DNA of 64,000 nt from an uncultured Gammaproteobacteria bacterium. Its GTDB lineage: Bacteria; Pseudomonadota; Gammaproteobacteria; Steroidobacterales; Woeseiaceae. Below, in pieces: positions 1-12,436 of this stretch (positions are counted from its first letter, which is position 1; each line of letters begins with the position of its first letter). Location: the NCBI GenBank assembly GCA_963800915.1, contig CAWDCR010000012.1, positions 11,255 to 75,254 on the forward strand. The letters are read 5' to 3'. A program made the position numbers and the translations under genes. The notes below the pieces were generated by a model that was given only the letters and a program-made list of their open reading frames with translations, had not been told where the DNA came from and did not search any database.

Positions 1-1107
1 CGCAAGCTCGGCGGCACGACACCGCTCGATGTCATCATCGATGCGCCGCTCGACACCAAACCCGACGCCGCTGCCGTTGCCGATGCCAACGCCGATGCCA
101 ACGCCGACGTCGATGCAGCGTTCGCGGCGGAGGACGACTTCGAAGACATCTACGCCAGCGATGACGACACCAGTGCCGGGTTTACCGCGCAGAGTTACTG
201 GTACAACAGCCTGAATATCGACCAGGCCATCGCGGTTCACGATTACCTCGATAAACTGCACGACACCGGCAAGGTTATCTCGCTGGCGACCACCGCGCGA
301 ATGCTGGAACTGCTGGAGCCGGGTGTACTGCAAGACAACATTGCCTTGTCCATTATCTATCGACGCGTTCCGGACGATATCCGCGCCGCGCTGATTGCGC
401 CGTATCTCTCTGCTGACGGGCAGCAGCTGCGGTTCAGTGTGCGGGTCTTCGAAAGCGACCCGAAGCTCAAGAGAAATGCGCTGCTGCAGCGGATACGAGC
501 GGACCTCGAAAGCCAGTTCGGTTTCGACAGCACGCAGGTTCACCTGAACGGCATGCTGGTGCTCTATAACAACCTGCTGCAGAGCCTGTTCAGTTCGCAA
601 ATCCTGACGCTCGCCGCAGTCATTGCTGCGATCTTCCTGATGTTCATCGCCCTGTTCCGCTCACTGAAGCTCGCACTGGTCGGCATCGTGCCGACGGCGG
701 TGTCTGCCGGTATGGTCCTGGGCCTGATGGGTTGGCTGGGAATTCCGCTCGACCTGATGACCATCACAATCGCGGCGATCGCGATTGGTATCGGCGTCGA
801 CGACACCATTCATTACGTGCATCGTTTCAAAAACGAGTTTGCCGTTGACTCGGATTACTGGAAGACGGTCGAACGCTGTCACCTCAGCATCGGGCGGGCC
901 ATGTACTACACCAGTATCACGGTGATCCTGGGATTCTCGATCCTGGTGCTGTCCCGCTTTGTGCCGACGATCCACTTCGGGGTGCTGACCAGCCTGGCGA
1001 TGGCGGTCGCGCTGCTGGCCAACATTACCTTGCTGCCTGCGCTGATCGTGCTGTGCAAGGCGACCGAACCACGCTTCCGCCTGCGAGTGACGCGACGCGC
1101 GTCCTGA
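1..1107 (+). CDS. MMPL/RND-family exporter, 5'-truncated by window edge
   Basis: Frame open from base 1 (RKLGGTTPLDVII...) into ORF 301..1107; multiple TM helices; GIGVDDTIH motif typical of MMPL/RND TM4/TM10. Confidence 0.85.
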   Translation, partial: RKLGGTTPLDVIIDAPLDTKPDAAAVADANADANADVDAAFAAEDDFEDIYASDDDTSAGFTAQSYWYNSLNIDQAIAVHDYLDKLHDTGKVISLATTARMLELLEPGVLQDNIALSIIYRRVPDDIRAALIAPYLSADGQQLRFSVRVFESDPKLKRNALLQRIRADLESQFGFDSTQVHLNGMLVLYNNLLQSLFSSQILTLAAVIAAIFLMFIALFRSLKLALVGIVPTAVSAGMVLGLMGWLGIPLDLMTITIAAIAIGIGVDDTIHYVHRFKNEFAVDSDYWKTVERCHLSIGRAMYYTSITVILGFSILVLSRFVPTIHFGVLTSLAMAVALLANITLLPALIVLCKATEPRFRLRVTRRAS

Positions 1108-1158
1108 CGACAACCGCACCGCAACCCGCTGAAGTCGGGACGAAGCGCTTTCGGTTTG

Positions 1159-1300
1159 CTACAGCGTCTCGCGTGCCCGCTGGCGGATGTAGTGCTGCAA
1201 CGCCTGTAGCTGGCCGTCGGAAATTTCCGGGCTCGCGGGATTGATCCGTCGACCTCGCAGCTCGCGCGCCAGACTTTTCGCATCCAAAGGCGGGCAGTCC
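1159..1300 (-). pseudogene. Possible decayed 3' end of a cytochrome c domain (quinohaemoprotein dehydrogenase-like)
   Basis: Manual minus-strand translation ends ...PEISDGQLQALQHYIRQRARETL*, resembling the C-terminal helix of such domains; no start codon or CxxCH. Recognition from memory only. Confidence 0.3.
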
Positions 1301-1366
1301 GTGAGCACCCAAAAACACTGCGATATTTTTTTCGGGGAATGGCGCGTTTACTAAAGGCAGTAGCGA

Positions 1367-2269
1367 TCAGCGTGCTGCACATTTCTCCAGCTCCTGCCTG
1401 AACAGCTGCACAAGCGCCTCCACGTTCGCCACGCCGGGATAATTGGGGCGTATGACAAACGCCAGCTGTCGGTGCGGGCCGGGTTCTTCCAGCGGAATGG
1501 TCTTTAGCTGTGCATTGCCCCTAACCAGTTGCTCCAGGGCAATCTCAGGCACCAGCGTTGAACCAATCTTGCCCGCCACGAGTTGAATAAGGGTCGAGAG
1601 GCTGGTGGCACTGAAGCTATGCCCGGCAACGTTTTCCAGTTTGCAGGCAGCCAGCGCGTGTTCCGACAGGCAGTGGCCGTCCTTCAGTAGCATGAGGTGC
1701 GCCTGTGCGAGTTTGGCGAGCGTTGCGCGTCGCACCCCGGCGTTTTCGTCGTCGGTATGCACAATCCACAGCAGGTCTTCCTGCCAGAACGGAAACGTCA
1801 GCAGCCCATCGCAGTCGTAGGGCAGCGCAATGATGGCCGCGTCCAGCGCGCCGCGCCGTAACTGCTCCAGGACCTCGGCGGACTGATCTTCCACGATGTC
1901 CAGCTGCAAGTGCGGAAAACGGGCCTGCAATGCCGGCAGCACGCGCGGCAGCAGGTACGGTCCGATGGTCGGAATGACCCCGAGTGCCAGCGGCGTGCTC
2001 AGTGGCTCGCGCTGTGAATCCGCGAGCTTCTTCAGGTCTTCCATCTGAATCTCGATGGAGCGCGCCCGCTCCAGTACCTGTCTGCCCAGCGGGGTCACCA
2101 GCACCTTGCGGTTATCGCGTTCGAAGATCTGGAAACCGAGCTGCTTTTCCATTTCCGAGAGCGCCGTACTCAGGGCGGACTGCGAGATATTGCAGTCCTC
2201 GGCAGCGCGCCTGAAATGGCGGTGACGCTCGATGGCGAGGGCGTAATGAACCTGTTTGAGCGAAATCAT
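1367..2269 (-). CDS. oxyR: Hydrogen-peroxide-inducible LysR regulator OxyR
   Basis: LysR HTH (HFRRAAEDCNISQSALS); redox motif GHCLSEHALAAC (C-x8-C); divergent from katG. Confidence 0.92.
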   Translation of the reverse strand: MISLKQVHYALAIERHRHFRRAAEDCNISQSALSTALSEMEKQLGFQIFERDNRKVLVTPLGRQVLERARSIEIQMEDLKKLADSQREPLSTPLALGVIPTIGPYLLPRVLPALQARFPHLQLDIVEDQSAEVLEQLRRGALDAAIIALPYDCDGLLTFPFWQEDLLWIVHTDDENAGVRRATLAKLAQAHLMLLKDGHCLSEHALAACKLENVAGHSFSATSLSTLIQLVAGKIGSTLVPEIALEQLVRGNAQLKTIPLEEPGPHRQLAFVIRPNYPGVANVEALVQLFRQELEKCAAR

Positions 2270-2299
2270 ATGTACAGATTAACGGATGGAAAACCCCGA

Positions 2300-2345
2300 A
2301 GCGATCAGTTTTTTGGGACACAACCATCGGTTTTACGCAGTTCCC
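2300..2345. promoter_or_regulatory. Putative degenerate OxyR-binding region
   Basis: ATCA (2304) and ATCG (2326) are 22 bp apart in the oxyR-katG divergent gap, matching OxyR tetranucleotide spacing only weakly. Confidence 0.3.
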
Positions 2346-2379
2346 CCGCGCCCGAACAAGGACTACGGTGACGGAGTAG

Positions 2380-4637
<2,258 letters not shown>

Positions 4638-4663
4638 GCGATTCGCTGGGCTGACGATCGTGC

Positions 4664-4693
4664 AAGCGCCCCGGCAACGGGGCGCTTTTTTTT
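4664..4693 (+). terminator. Intrinsic terminator after katG
   Basis: AAGCGCCCCG-GCAA-CGGGGCGCTT followed by a T run. Confidence 0.9.
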
Positions 4694-4732
4694 GCGGTTG
4701 CGAATTGTCGTGAGCCGGCACAAAGTCAGCGG

Positions 4733-5341
4733 GTGAGCGCAGCAAACCTGTCTGTCCACGGGCCGGACTCCTACCGGACGGTGCCCTGGCGCAACGGTCG
4801 CGGCGAGACCCTCGTGCTGCGTTCGGCCACCGTTCCCGGCGCGGCGGACTTTGCCTGGCGCCTCAGCATTGCACAGGTCGACAGCGACGGTCCGTTCTCG
4901 CATTTTCCGCACTGTGACAGAACCCTGATTCTGCTTGACGGCGCCGGCCTCACGCTGACGCACGATAACGGGCAGGTCGATACGCTCGGCAGGCGCTTCG
5001 CGCGCGCAGAGTTTTCCGGCGACGGCGGCACGCTGGCGACGCTGCATGACGGACCGATACGCGACTTCAACGTCATGTCCCACCGCGATTACTGTTCCGC
5101 AGCGGTGACGGTGCTCGACGGCGATGACGCGAAAGCGCTGGCTGTCGACTGTGAGCTGCTGCTGATCTATGCCGTTGACGCAAACGTCGCGATAGCAGCA
5201 CCGCAGGACGAGTCCGTTACGATCGTGCAGCACCAGCTGTTCCAGTACGAAAGTCCCGCGCCGGGGCAATGGCGTTTCTCGGGCGGCCCGGTTTTCGTCA
5301 TGCAGATTTCAAAACGGAGAAACTCGCTGCGGCGGCCCTGA
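4733..5341 (+). CDS. HutD/Ves family protein
   Basis: VPWRNGRGET, FAWRLSIA, GPFSHFPHCDR, DFNVM motifs. Confidence 0.85.
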   Translation: MSAANLSVHGPDSYRTVPWRNGRGETLVLRSATVPGAADFAWRLSIAQVDSDGPFSHFPHCDRTLILLDGAGLTLTHDNGQVDTLGRRFARAEFSGDGGTLATLHDGPIRDFNVMSHRDYCSAAVTVLDGDDAKALAVDCELLLIYAVDANVAIAAPQDESVTIVQHQLFQYESPAPGQWRFSGGPVFVMQISKRRNSLRRP

Positions 5342-5456
5342 GGGCGAACGGCCGCTGTTTGCCTGGCGCTGCCTGCAATCACAGCCTGACGCGCAACCCC
5401 GCAAGCGCGGCGATGTGGCATCATCACCGCACCGCAAATCGAAGTAGTGCTTGACG

Positions 5457-6831
5457 ATGAACACTGACGACGAACAGGCGCAAACGACGCAACCAACAAC
5501 CGGCCCTGACGCCCTGCAGCGGCTGCGCGATCGTACCGACGAGCTCGAGCTGATCATCTCGAGCCTGACGATCTTCGCGTTGTTTACTTTGCCGGGCTGG
5601 TTGTTCGACAGCTATGCCGGTGTCTATACACACCTGTCCACAGCAGGGGCGATCGCCGGCAACGTCGGCATCTCGCTGATCACCGGTGTCAGCTACGGAC
5701 TGGCCGCGTGTTTCGTCGTGCACCTGATGGCTCGAGCCTACTGGGTTGGACTGATCGGCCTGCGCGCCGCGTTCCCGGCAGGCATCGACTGGAGCAAAAC
5801 ACCCGGTATCGGGCCACTGACAAAGCAGCGCTACCGCGACACCTTGCCCGACCTCGACACGGTCATCACTCGCACCGACCGGCTCGCCTCGTCGCTGTTC
5901 GCGGTGATCAGCATGCTGACCCTCGGCATGCTCTGGCTCGGAGCGATCATGCTGGTGACCCTGGTTGTTGCCGGCCAGATTGGCGGCCAGATCGGGCTCA
6001 CGAATGCCGCAATCGGCATTGGCGGCCTGGTGCTGGTCTTTGTATTCGGCGGCTTACCGGCCTTGCTCTGGTTCACGGATGCGGTACTGGCCGCGAGATT
6101 TCCGCGGCTGCAGCAGCAATCGTTTTTTCCTCGGCTTCGTGAAGTTGCTGGGCCGGATCACCGGCCTCGTGTACCCGCAGCGCCTGATTCTGCCGGTGCA
6201 GCTGACGCTGCAGAGCAATACCCGCCCGGTGATTTTCCTCGTCGCATTAACAGCCAGCGTTGCCGCGATTGTGGTCGTCGGTAACCTGCGTTTTTTTGCG
6301 TGGCAAAACTTCACCTTGTCGGGTCAGTTCACCTACCTTGACACCGACGAAGTAACGACCGGGTTTCGCAGCACTTACTACGAAGATATGGCGACCACCA
6401 AAGACCGCGTGCGGGCATGGCCGCGGGTCGACAGCTTCAACCAGACCGGCAGCTTTGTACGACTGTTCCTGCCGTACCAGCCGCTGCGCGATAACCTGCT
6501 GCTGGAACAGTCCTGCCCGGATGCCAGCGACGCTGATGGCCGGGTCGGCTGCCTGCGCTCGCTCTGGTCGGTCACCATCGCGGAACAGCCGGTGCCGATG
6601 GAGAATTTTCAGGCCGCCGAGCGCATGGACCTGGGCATGCGCGGCTTGATCGGGCTGGTGCCGCTGGCCGGCATCGCGCCCGGCATGCACGTGTTACGGG
6701 TTGAATGGAACCCCGACTCGAACGCAGATGACACGCCGCTCGACGATCGCTACACGCAGATCAACCGGGTTTACGAGATCCCCATCGCCTTCGCACCGGC
6801 TTACGAGCTGCCGCTGGAACCTGCCCCCTAG
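5457..6831 (+). CDS. Conserved hypothetical multi-pass membrane protein; +1 frameshift in T6 run at 6123-6128
   Basis: ELELIIS and HLMARAYWVGLIGL; ORFs 5451..6284 and 5965..6831 join (SFFLGFVKLLG) if one T is removed. Confidence 0.7.
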
Positions 6832-6974
6832 CGACAACGCCCGGCCTCCCTGCACGCTGCCTTTTGCCAGCGCCGCCGCCGTAAAGTTTCGGGCCTGTCA
6901 GCCGATAAAAGCACTACCTCTCCGGCGACCACGGTCCGCCGGAGCGTTGTCTGGTGCCTTGGGAGAAAGGGGCG

Positions 6975-7619
6975 ATGAGCTTGAGACGCAGGGCCACAAT
7001 CGAGCGCGAGGGCAGCCGAGCGCTGCTTTCGTCCAGTGGCGCGTGCGGCTCCCGGGTCGACAAGTTCAGCGAGTTCAGCAATGCAGCACGGCAGGGCGGC
7101 TATACCCTGCTTGAGATGGTCATCGTCGTTGCGCTGCTTGCCGTCATAGCAGCAGTAGCCGTGCCCTCCGTCATGCCCGCGCAGCATCACAAGCTGGCTG
7201 CTGCCACCGCTGCAGTAGCTGATGCGATCCGTTTCGCGCGCGAAGAGTCGCGGCACACCGGCGTTGTCCACGGCGTTTCCGTTGACCTGGCAAACAACCG
7301 GATTCGCGTATTCCGTCTCGATGAGGCGCCGAATCCGAACGAGAAGCTGTTCGACGTTTATCAGCCCGTCTCGAAGCAGCTTTACGCAGTCGAAACCGGT
7401 ATGCCGCCTTACGGCGGCGTCACGCTGAACGCTTTGGGCGGGCAGATGCTGGGCACCTGCAACGACCCGGGCAACTTTGCGTTCGATGCCGGTGGCGTGG
7501 TGCGCTGCGTTGAGCCGCTGACGACGCGCATTCGCGATGCGAGTGTCGAACTGGCCATTGGCGGACTGACGTTAAGCGTTGATATCGACGACTACACCGG
7601 CCGGGTTTCCATCCAGTGA
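6975..7619 (+). CDS. FimT/GspH-like minor (pseudo)pilin; start uncertain
   Basis: Class III signal G/YTLLEMVIVVALL; AIRFAREES helix; C-terminal YTGRV; one Cys pair. Confidence 0.8.
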   Translation: MSLRRRATIEREGSRALLSSSGACGSRVDKFSEFSNAARQGGYTLLEMVIVVALLAVIAAVAVPSVMPAQHHKLAAATAAVADAIRFAREESRHTGVVHGVSVDLANNRIRVFRLDEAPNPNEKLFDVYQPVSKQLYAVETGMPPYGGVTLNALGGQMLGTCNDPGNFAFDAGGVVRCVEPLTTRIRDASVELAIGGLTLSVDIDDYTGRVSIQ

Positions 7620-8044
7620 AACTGCGCACGACAACAGCCCGGCACCAGTCAGGACTTTCCTACGTGGAGGTGCTGGTCGCTGCCATGCTCATCGCCGCCA
7701 CCGTGGTGCCCGCGACGGACGCGCTGCGTGGCGCGATGTATGCAACCAATGCCGATAGTGCGGCGACGGTGAATCACTACCGGCTCGTCGGCAAACTGGA
7801 AGAAGTGCTGGCAAAACCGTACGCGATCCTGACAGCGCAGGCGCTCGGCCCCGCTACTGCCACAACATACTCAGATGCATTGGGCAGCAGCGACCGGCGG
7901 CTGGTGTATATCAGTGCATACGACGGCGACAATGCCGACGCCGACAACGATCCCTTCACCGGCACCGACAGCGGCCTGCTGTGGATTCGGGTCGAAATCG
8001 AGGGCACCGCGATGGCGATGCAATCCTTACAGACAAACCGGTGA
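7616..8044 (+). CDS. PilV/GspI-like minor pilin
   Basis: QSG/LSYVEVLVAAML prepilin motif; GTGA overlap with upstream stop. Confidence 0.75.
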   Translation: MKLRTTTARHQSGLSYVEVLVAAMLIAATVVPATDALRGAMYATNADSAATVNHYRLVGKLEEVLAKPYAILTAQALGPATATTYSDALGSSDRRLVYISAYDGDNADADNDPFTGTDSGLLWIRVEIEGTAMAMQSLQTNR

Positions 8045-9018
8045 CTGCACGAGCGTCACAAACGGGTTACACGCTGATAGAACTGCTGGTGTCTGTCGGC
8101 ATTGCTGCGCTGTTGCTAACCGGACTGCAGCAGTTGCTCGGCGTCGGCATCGACACGCTCGATATGGTTGAGCAGCGCACCGAGCTGGCCCGGCGGGCGC
8201 GGTTCGCGATGTCACGCATGGTGGATGCAGTGCAGCACAGCGACCGCCTGCTGATTCCGCTGGCCAACAACCCCGCTACGCCGTTTGATGAAAACATTCG
8301 TGAGCAAACCGTGCCCGCCTCGCCGCCACAAACCGGCAGCTTGCTCGCAACGGCAGTACTCGCGTTGACCATTGGTCCCGCCCAGGACATGGACGCCAAC
8401 GGCATTGCCGATGCCGATAACGATGGCGATGGCCTGATTGACGAAGACCTGCCGGCCGACGCCCACAACGACGGCAAGGCCGGTGTGCGGGATTTCGATG
8501 ACGACGGCAATGGCACCAAAGACTTCAACTTTTCGCCGGCCGGCGATGACGACGAGAGCAACGACTTCAAGCAGAGCGAGGATCCCTTCAACGGCATCGA
8601 TGACGACGGCGACGGCAGCATCGATGAGGACAGCGGCGCTGACATGAACGGCGATTTGGCCCCCGGCGTGGCCGGCGTCGATGATGACGGCGACGGCAAC
8701 GTCGATGAGGGCAGCGTCAACGACGACGACGAAGACGGCGCAGTCGACGAGGACTGGTTCGACCCGGTGGTTTTCTATCTCAATGGCAACAGACTTATCG
8801 AGCGTCGTGCCGTCCCGTGGGACGCGAACCTGGACTCAACGCTCAGCGGGCGGGATTTCGTCGAGTCGGACATCGCCGAGAACATCACACTACTTCGCAT
8901 CGAGCGCCTGCCGTTGAGCGGTGGGCAGCAGCTTGTCGATATCACGCTGCAGGTTTCGGATGGCAATGCTGAAACCATCGTTCTGAATACGCGCGTGCGA
9001 TTGGGCGGTGCGCGATGA
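8041..9018 (+). CDS. PilW/GspJ-like minor pilin with Asp-rich Ca-binding-type insert
   Basis: GTG at 8041 overlaps upstream TGA; QTG/YTLIELLVSV; repeated DxDGDGxxDED motifs. Confidence 0.78.
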   Translation: MTARASQTGYTLIELLVSVGIAALLLTGLQQLLGVGIDTLDMVEQRTELARRARFAMSRMVDAVQHSDRLLIPLANNPATPFDENIREQTVPASPPQTGSLLATAVLALTIGPAQDMDANGIADADNDGDGLIDEDLPADAHNDGKAGVRDFDDDGNGTKDFNFSPAGDDDESNDFKQSEDPFNGIDDDGDGSIDEDSGADMNGDLAPGVAGVDDDGDGNVDEGSVNDDDEDGAVDEDWFDPVVFYLNGNRLIERRAVPWDANLDSTLSGRDFVESDIAENITLLRIERLPLSGGQQLVDITLQVSDGNAETIVLNTRVRLGGAR

Positions 9019-12000
9019 GGTCGATGCATCGCAAGCAACAACAGGGTTTTCTGCTCGTTACTGTCATCACGATTCTTGCCATTCTGGCAGCAATCGCGAT
9101 GCTGCTATCCACCAGCACAAGTATGGACAACGTCGTACTTGCTAATCACACAAAAGAAGCCGAACTCAATTACGTAGCGGAAGCCGGTATGGCGCATGCC
9201 AGGTGGCAGCTGGGGCAGAACACCAGCTGCACAAACTACGCCAGCCTGCCCGCAACGTCGTTCGGATCGCACAGCTACTCTGCGTCGTTCACACCGACAA
9301 GCGGTTCTCCGATCAGCGTCTTAGCTGTCGGTTCACTGACGACTGGCGCCGTGCACACGATTTCGCGCGACAACGTCAGAAGTTACGAGACGCCTACTAC
9401 CTTGTTCCTGCAGCCTGGGACCGAGGGCGAAGATGCCGAAATCTGGGCACAGGCGCCCAACAATAACTACGGCGACGCCGCAGAAACCTGGGTGTCGTCC
9501 GCGACCAACGACACGACGCGTTCGCTGCTGCGCTTCAACGTGGATGCAATACCGGCCGGTGTCAAAATTATTGACGCCACTCTGTCGCTGCGTCGCCAGA
9601 GTGGCTCCGGATCGCAGGATCCAGTGTCAGCACATCGCATCACGAATCAGTGGAGCGAAGCCGCGGTGACGTGGAACAGACGTGAAGTCGGCACGAACTG
9701 GGACACGCCTGGCGTCGATTTCGACAGCGCGGCCGTCGCGACAACGCTGGTCGGCCCGCCGAATGGTCGCTTTGAATGGAACATTGCCCCGCTGGTGCAG
9801 GGCTGGGTTGATGGCAGCTTTCCGAACCACGGCGTGGTCTTGGTCGCCGCGACCGCCGGAATGAGTGGTGAGCGCTTTTATACGAGCGATGCGATGGACT
9901 CACCCAGACATCCCAGTCTTGATGTGACATACGCGTGCGAATGCGGCGGCACTTGTACAACCGTCAGCGGCACGATTGATGTGCCGGTTATTAGCGGCAA
10001 TGACGATGCAGAGGAAAATACCACCAACGGCTCCATGTATCTCGACAGCAGTGATCTCGAACTCGCTATCGCCAGTGAGCCAACCGACCTTGTCGGGATT
10101 CGCTTCGTGAACCTGGACATTCCACCGGGTGCGACCATTTCAAACGCGTACCTGCAGTTCCAGGTTGACGAGGCAACGACTGCATCGACTAACCTGGTTG
10201 TTCGTGCGCAGGCTGCAGATGATGCCGGCACGTTTTCAGCAAGTAACTACAATCTCAGCAGCCGTCCGCTTTCCACGGCAGCGGTGAACTGGAGTCCCGT
10301 CGGCTGGCCTGCCGTTGGCGATCGCGGCGAGGATCAACGCACTCCGGACCTGTCTGCCATCATTCAGGAAATTGTGGATCGGCCCGGCTGGGCCAGCGGC
10401 AACGCGCTCGTTATTGTCATCGATGGAACAGGGACTCGCATAGCGGAGTCGTACGAAGGCGACCCGGCAGGCGCGGCCACTTTGCACATCGAATACGGTG
10501 GCGGCAGCGGTGAACCACCCGCCACCCAGAAGGTTCTGTTCGTCGTGGGCGATGTCAGCATGACAGCGGCGGAAATGGCGCACAAAGCTTTGCTCGAATC
10601 CTGGGGATATTCCGTTGAGCTGATTGACGATGGTGCGTCGCAGGCAGACTTCAACGCCGCGGTCTCGAGCAGCAACGTCGTGTTTTTGACCAATGACGTC
10701 ACTGCAAGCAGTGTTGGCAGCAAGCTGGTTGGCGCAACGATCGGCGTTGTTACATCGGAAGACAATCTCTCCGACGAATTCGGCATATCGTCCGGCATCG
10801 CCTGGGAAAGTGGCACGGCGGTGACGATTGATAACAACTCACACTACATCACTTCGCCATTCTCTACTGGCTCGCTAACAATTTTCTCGAGCGGGGAGTC
10901 ACTGGCCTATCTAACCGGCTCGCTCGCTCCTGACCTGAAGACGCTTGCCAGCTCTTCGTCCGGTTTCGGCATAGTGGCCCTGGAAGCGGGTGCGGCGCTG
11001 TACAGTTCCGGCACTGCGGCCGGCCGGCGGGTGCAACTTCCCTGGGGCGGGAACGGCTTCGATCCCGGTCAACTCACTGCCGAAGGTCGCACGCTCCTGC
11101 GTCGCGCGATCGAGTGGGGTGCGGGCGAATCATCGGCGTCGACCGGTCCACTGGCGCACTGGAAGTTCGACGAGACCAGCGGGTCGATCGCTGTGGATTC
11201 CGTCGGAGGTCACGACGGTACGCTGGTCAATGGAACACTGTGGGCTAGCGGCGTCTTCGGCGGCGCAGTTTCCTTCGACGGTGTCAACGACTATGTCGAT
11301 TTGACGTCAGACGCGGAGCTGGACGACGTATTTGTTGGTGGCGCGACTGTGATGGCGTGGATCGAGCCGGCAGGCTGGGGCAACAATGGCTACGGGCGAA
11401 TTTTCGATAAATCCAGTTCGCCGTCCGCGACCGGCAACGGCTGGGCATTGCGTATGAACGTGGACAATGGCGGCCTCAACTTCGGCCAGGGCTTCACGGG
11501 CGGTCGCGGTTGGTGGCGGTTCGCCGAAGGCTCGATCAGTCTTGGCAGCTGGCAGCACATCGCGGTGGCCTACGATGCGAGTTCGACGGCAAACGATCCG
11601 GTGATCTATCTTGATGGTAGCCCGGTTGCGGTCACGAGAGTCGTCGCGCCTTCAGGAGCGATCGCGTCCGACGCGGCGATCAACCTGCATCTCGGCAATC
11701 ATGCGAGTTCCGCTGCGACATTCTTCGACGGCAAGATCGACGATGCACGGATCTATGACCGCATGCTCAGCGCCACCGAGATTGCTGCCGCCGCGGGTGG
11801 TGGTGGCGGTGGCGGCGGTGGTGGCGGTGGCGGTGGCTGCAACGGCGCCTACCGTGACGAGTTCAGCGCCAGGACTTACTCCGGCAGCGACGGCACGCTG
11901 ACCTGGGCCGGGGACTGGATTGAGGTGGGTGAGAGCGATGGCCCTACCTCGGGCGATACGCTGGTGACGACCGATCAGAGCAACTATCAGCTCCGGACCC

Positions 12001-12332
12001 GCGACAACGACAACGGTGGGGAAGGCGTCGAGCGCGAGGCCGACTTGAGCGGTGCAGGCAGCGCCACGCTGAGTTACGACTACCGGCGCCAGTCTCTCGA
12101 TAGCGCGAGCGACTACACCAGCGTCGAGGTTTCGTCGAATGGTGCGTCCGGACCGTGGACGGAACTCACGCGGCACGACGGCACCGGCAACGACTCGAAC
12201 TACGTATTCGCCAGCCACAACATCACCAGCTTTGCCTCGGCCAACACCCGGATCCGCTTCAAAACCTCATCATCGATGGGCGGCTCCGACATCGTCTGGT
12301 TCGACAACATCCAGATCGCCTGCACCCCGTAG
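9015..12332 (+). CDS. PilX/GspK-like pilin fused to multi-domain adhesin (DNRLRE/CBM96-like, DDAEE domain, LamG-like)
   Basis: QQG/FLLVT without Glu5; YVAEAG; EDAEI...NNYG...LLRF...IPAG...VTWN; AHWKFDE...FDGKIDDARIYDR; Gly14 linker; ATGA overlap. Confidence 0.8.
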   Translation: MRSMHRKQQQGFLLVTVITILAILAAIAMLLSTSTSMDNVVLANHTKEAELNYVAEAGMAHARWQLGQNTSCTNYASLPATSFGSHSYSASFTPTSGSPISVLAVGSLTTGAVHTISRDNVRSYETPTTLFLQPGTEGEDAEIWAQAPNNNYGDAAETWVSSATNDTTRSLLRFNVDAIPAGVKIIDATLSLRRQSGSGSQDPVSAHRITNQWSEAAVTWNRREVGTNWDTPGVDFDSAAVATTLVGPPNGRFEWNIAPLVQGWVDGSFPNHGVVLVAATAGMSGERFYTSDAMDSPRHPSLDVTYACECGGTCTTVSGTIDVPVISGNDDAEENTTNGSMYLDSSDLELAIASEPTDLVGIRFVNLDIPPGATISNAYLQFQVDEATTASTNLVVRAQAADDAGTFSASNYNLSSRPLSTAAVNWSPVGWPAVGDRGEDQRTPDLSAIIQEIVDRPGWASGNALVIVIDGTGTRIAESYEGDPAGAATLHIEYGGGSGEPPATQKVLFVVGDVSMTAAEMAHKALLESWGYSVELIDDGASQADFNAAVSSSNVVFLTNDVTASSVGSKLVGATIGVVTSEDNLSDEFGISSGIAWESGTAVTIDNNSHYITSPFSTGSLTIFSSGESLAYLTGSLAPDLKTLASSSSGFGIVALEAGAALYSSGTAAGRRVQLPWGGNGFDPGQLTAEGRTLLRRAIEWGAGESSASTGPLAHWKFDETSGSIAVDSVGGHDGTLVNGTLWASGVFGGAVSFDGVNDYVDLTSDAELDDVFVGGATVMAWIEPAGWGNNGYGRIFDKSSSPSATGNGWALRMNVDNGGLNFGQGFTGGRGWWRFAEGSISLGSWQHIAVAYDASSTANDPVIYLDGSPVAVTRVVAPSGAIASDAAINLHLGNHASSAATFFDGKIDDARIYDRMLSATEIAAAAGGGGGGGGGGGGGGCNGAYRDEFSARTYSGSDGTLTWAGDWIEVGESDGPTSGDTLVTTDQSNYQLRTRDNDNGGEGVEREADLSGAGSATLSYDYRRQSLDSASDYTSVEVSSNGASGPWTELTRHDGTGNDSNYVFASHNITSFASANTRIRFKTSSSMGGSDIVWFDNIQIACTP
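11796..11837 (+). repeat. GGT/GGC repeat encoding a 14-Gly linker
   Basis: 14 consecutive Gly codons before the last domain. Confidence 0.9.
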
Positions 12333-12418
12333 GGTGCACTGCGTGCACCGTTTGATAATGGTGCGCGAAACGCACCCTACCGTGCACCGTCCACAATGCT
12401 GCACGAAACGCACCCTAC
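12329..12418. repeat. Cluster of GTAG-family REP elements (REPIN-like)
   Basis: GTAGGGTGCACTGCGTGCACC (+, 12329-12349); GTAGGGTGCGTTTCGCGCACC (-, 12360-12380); GTAGGGTGCGTTTCGTGCAGC (-, 12398-12418); partial CGTGCACCGT between. Confidence 0.85.
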
Positions 12419-12436
12419 AAATGGCATAATTCGCCA

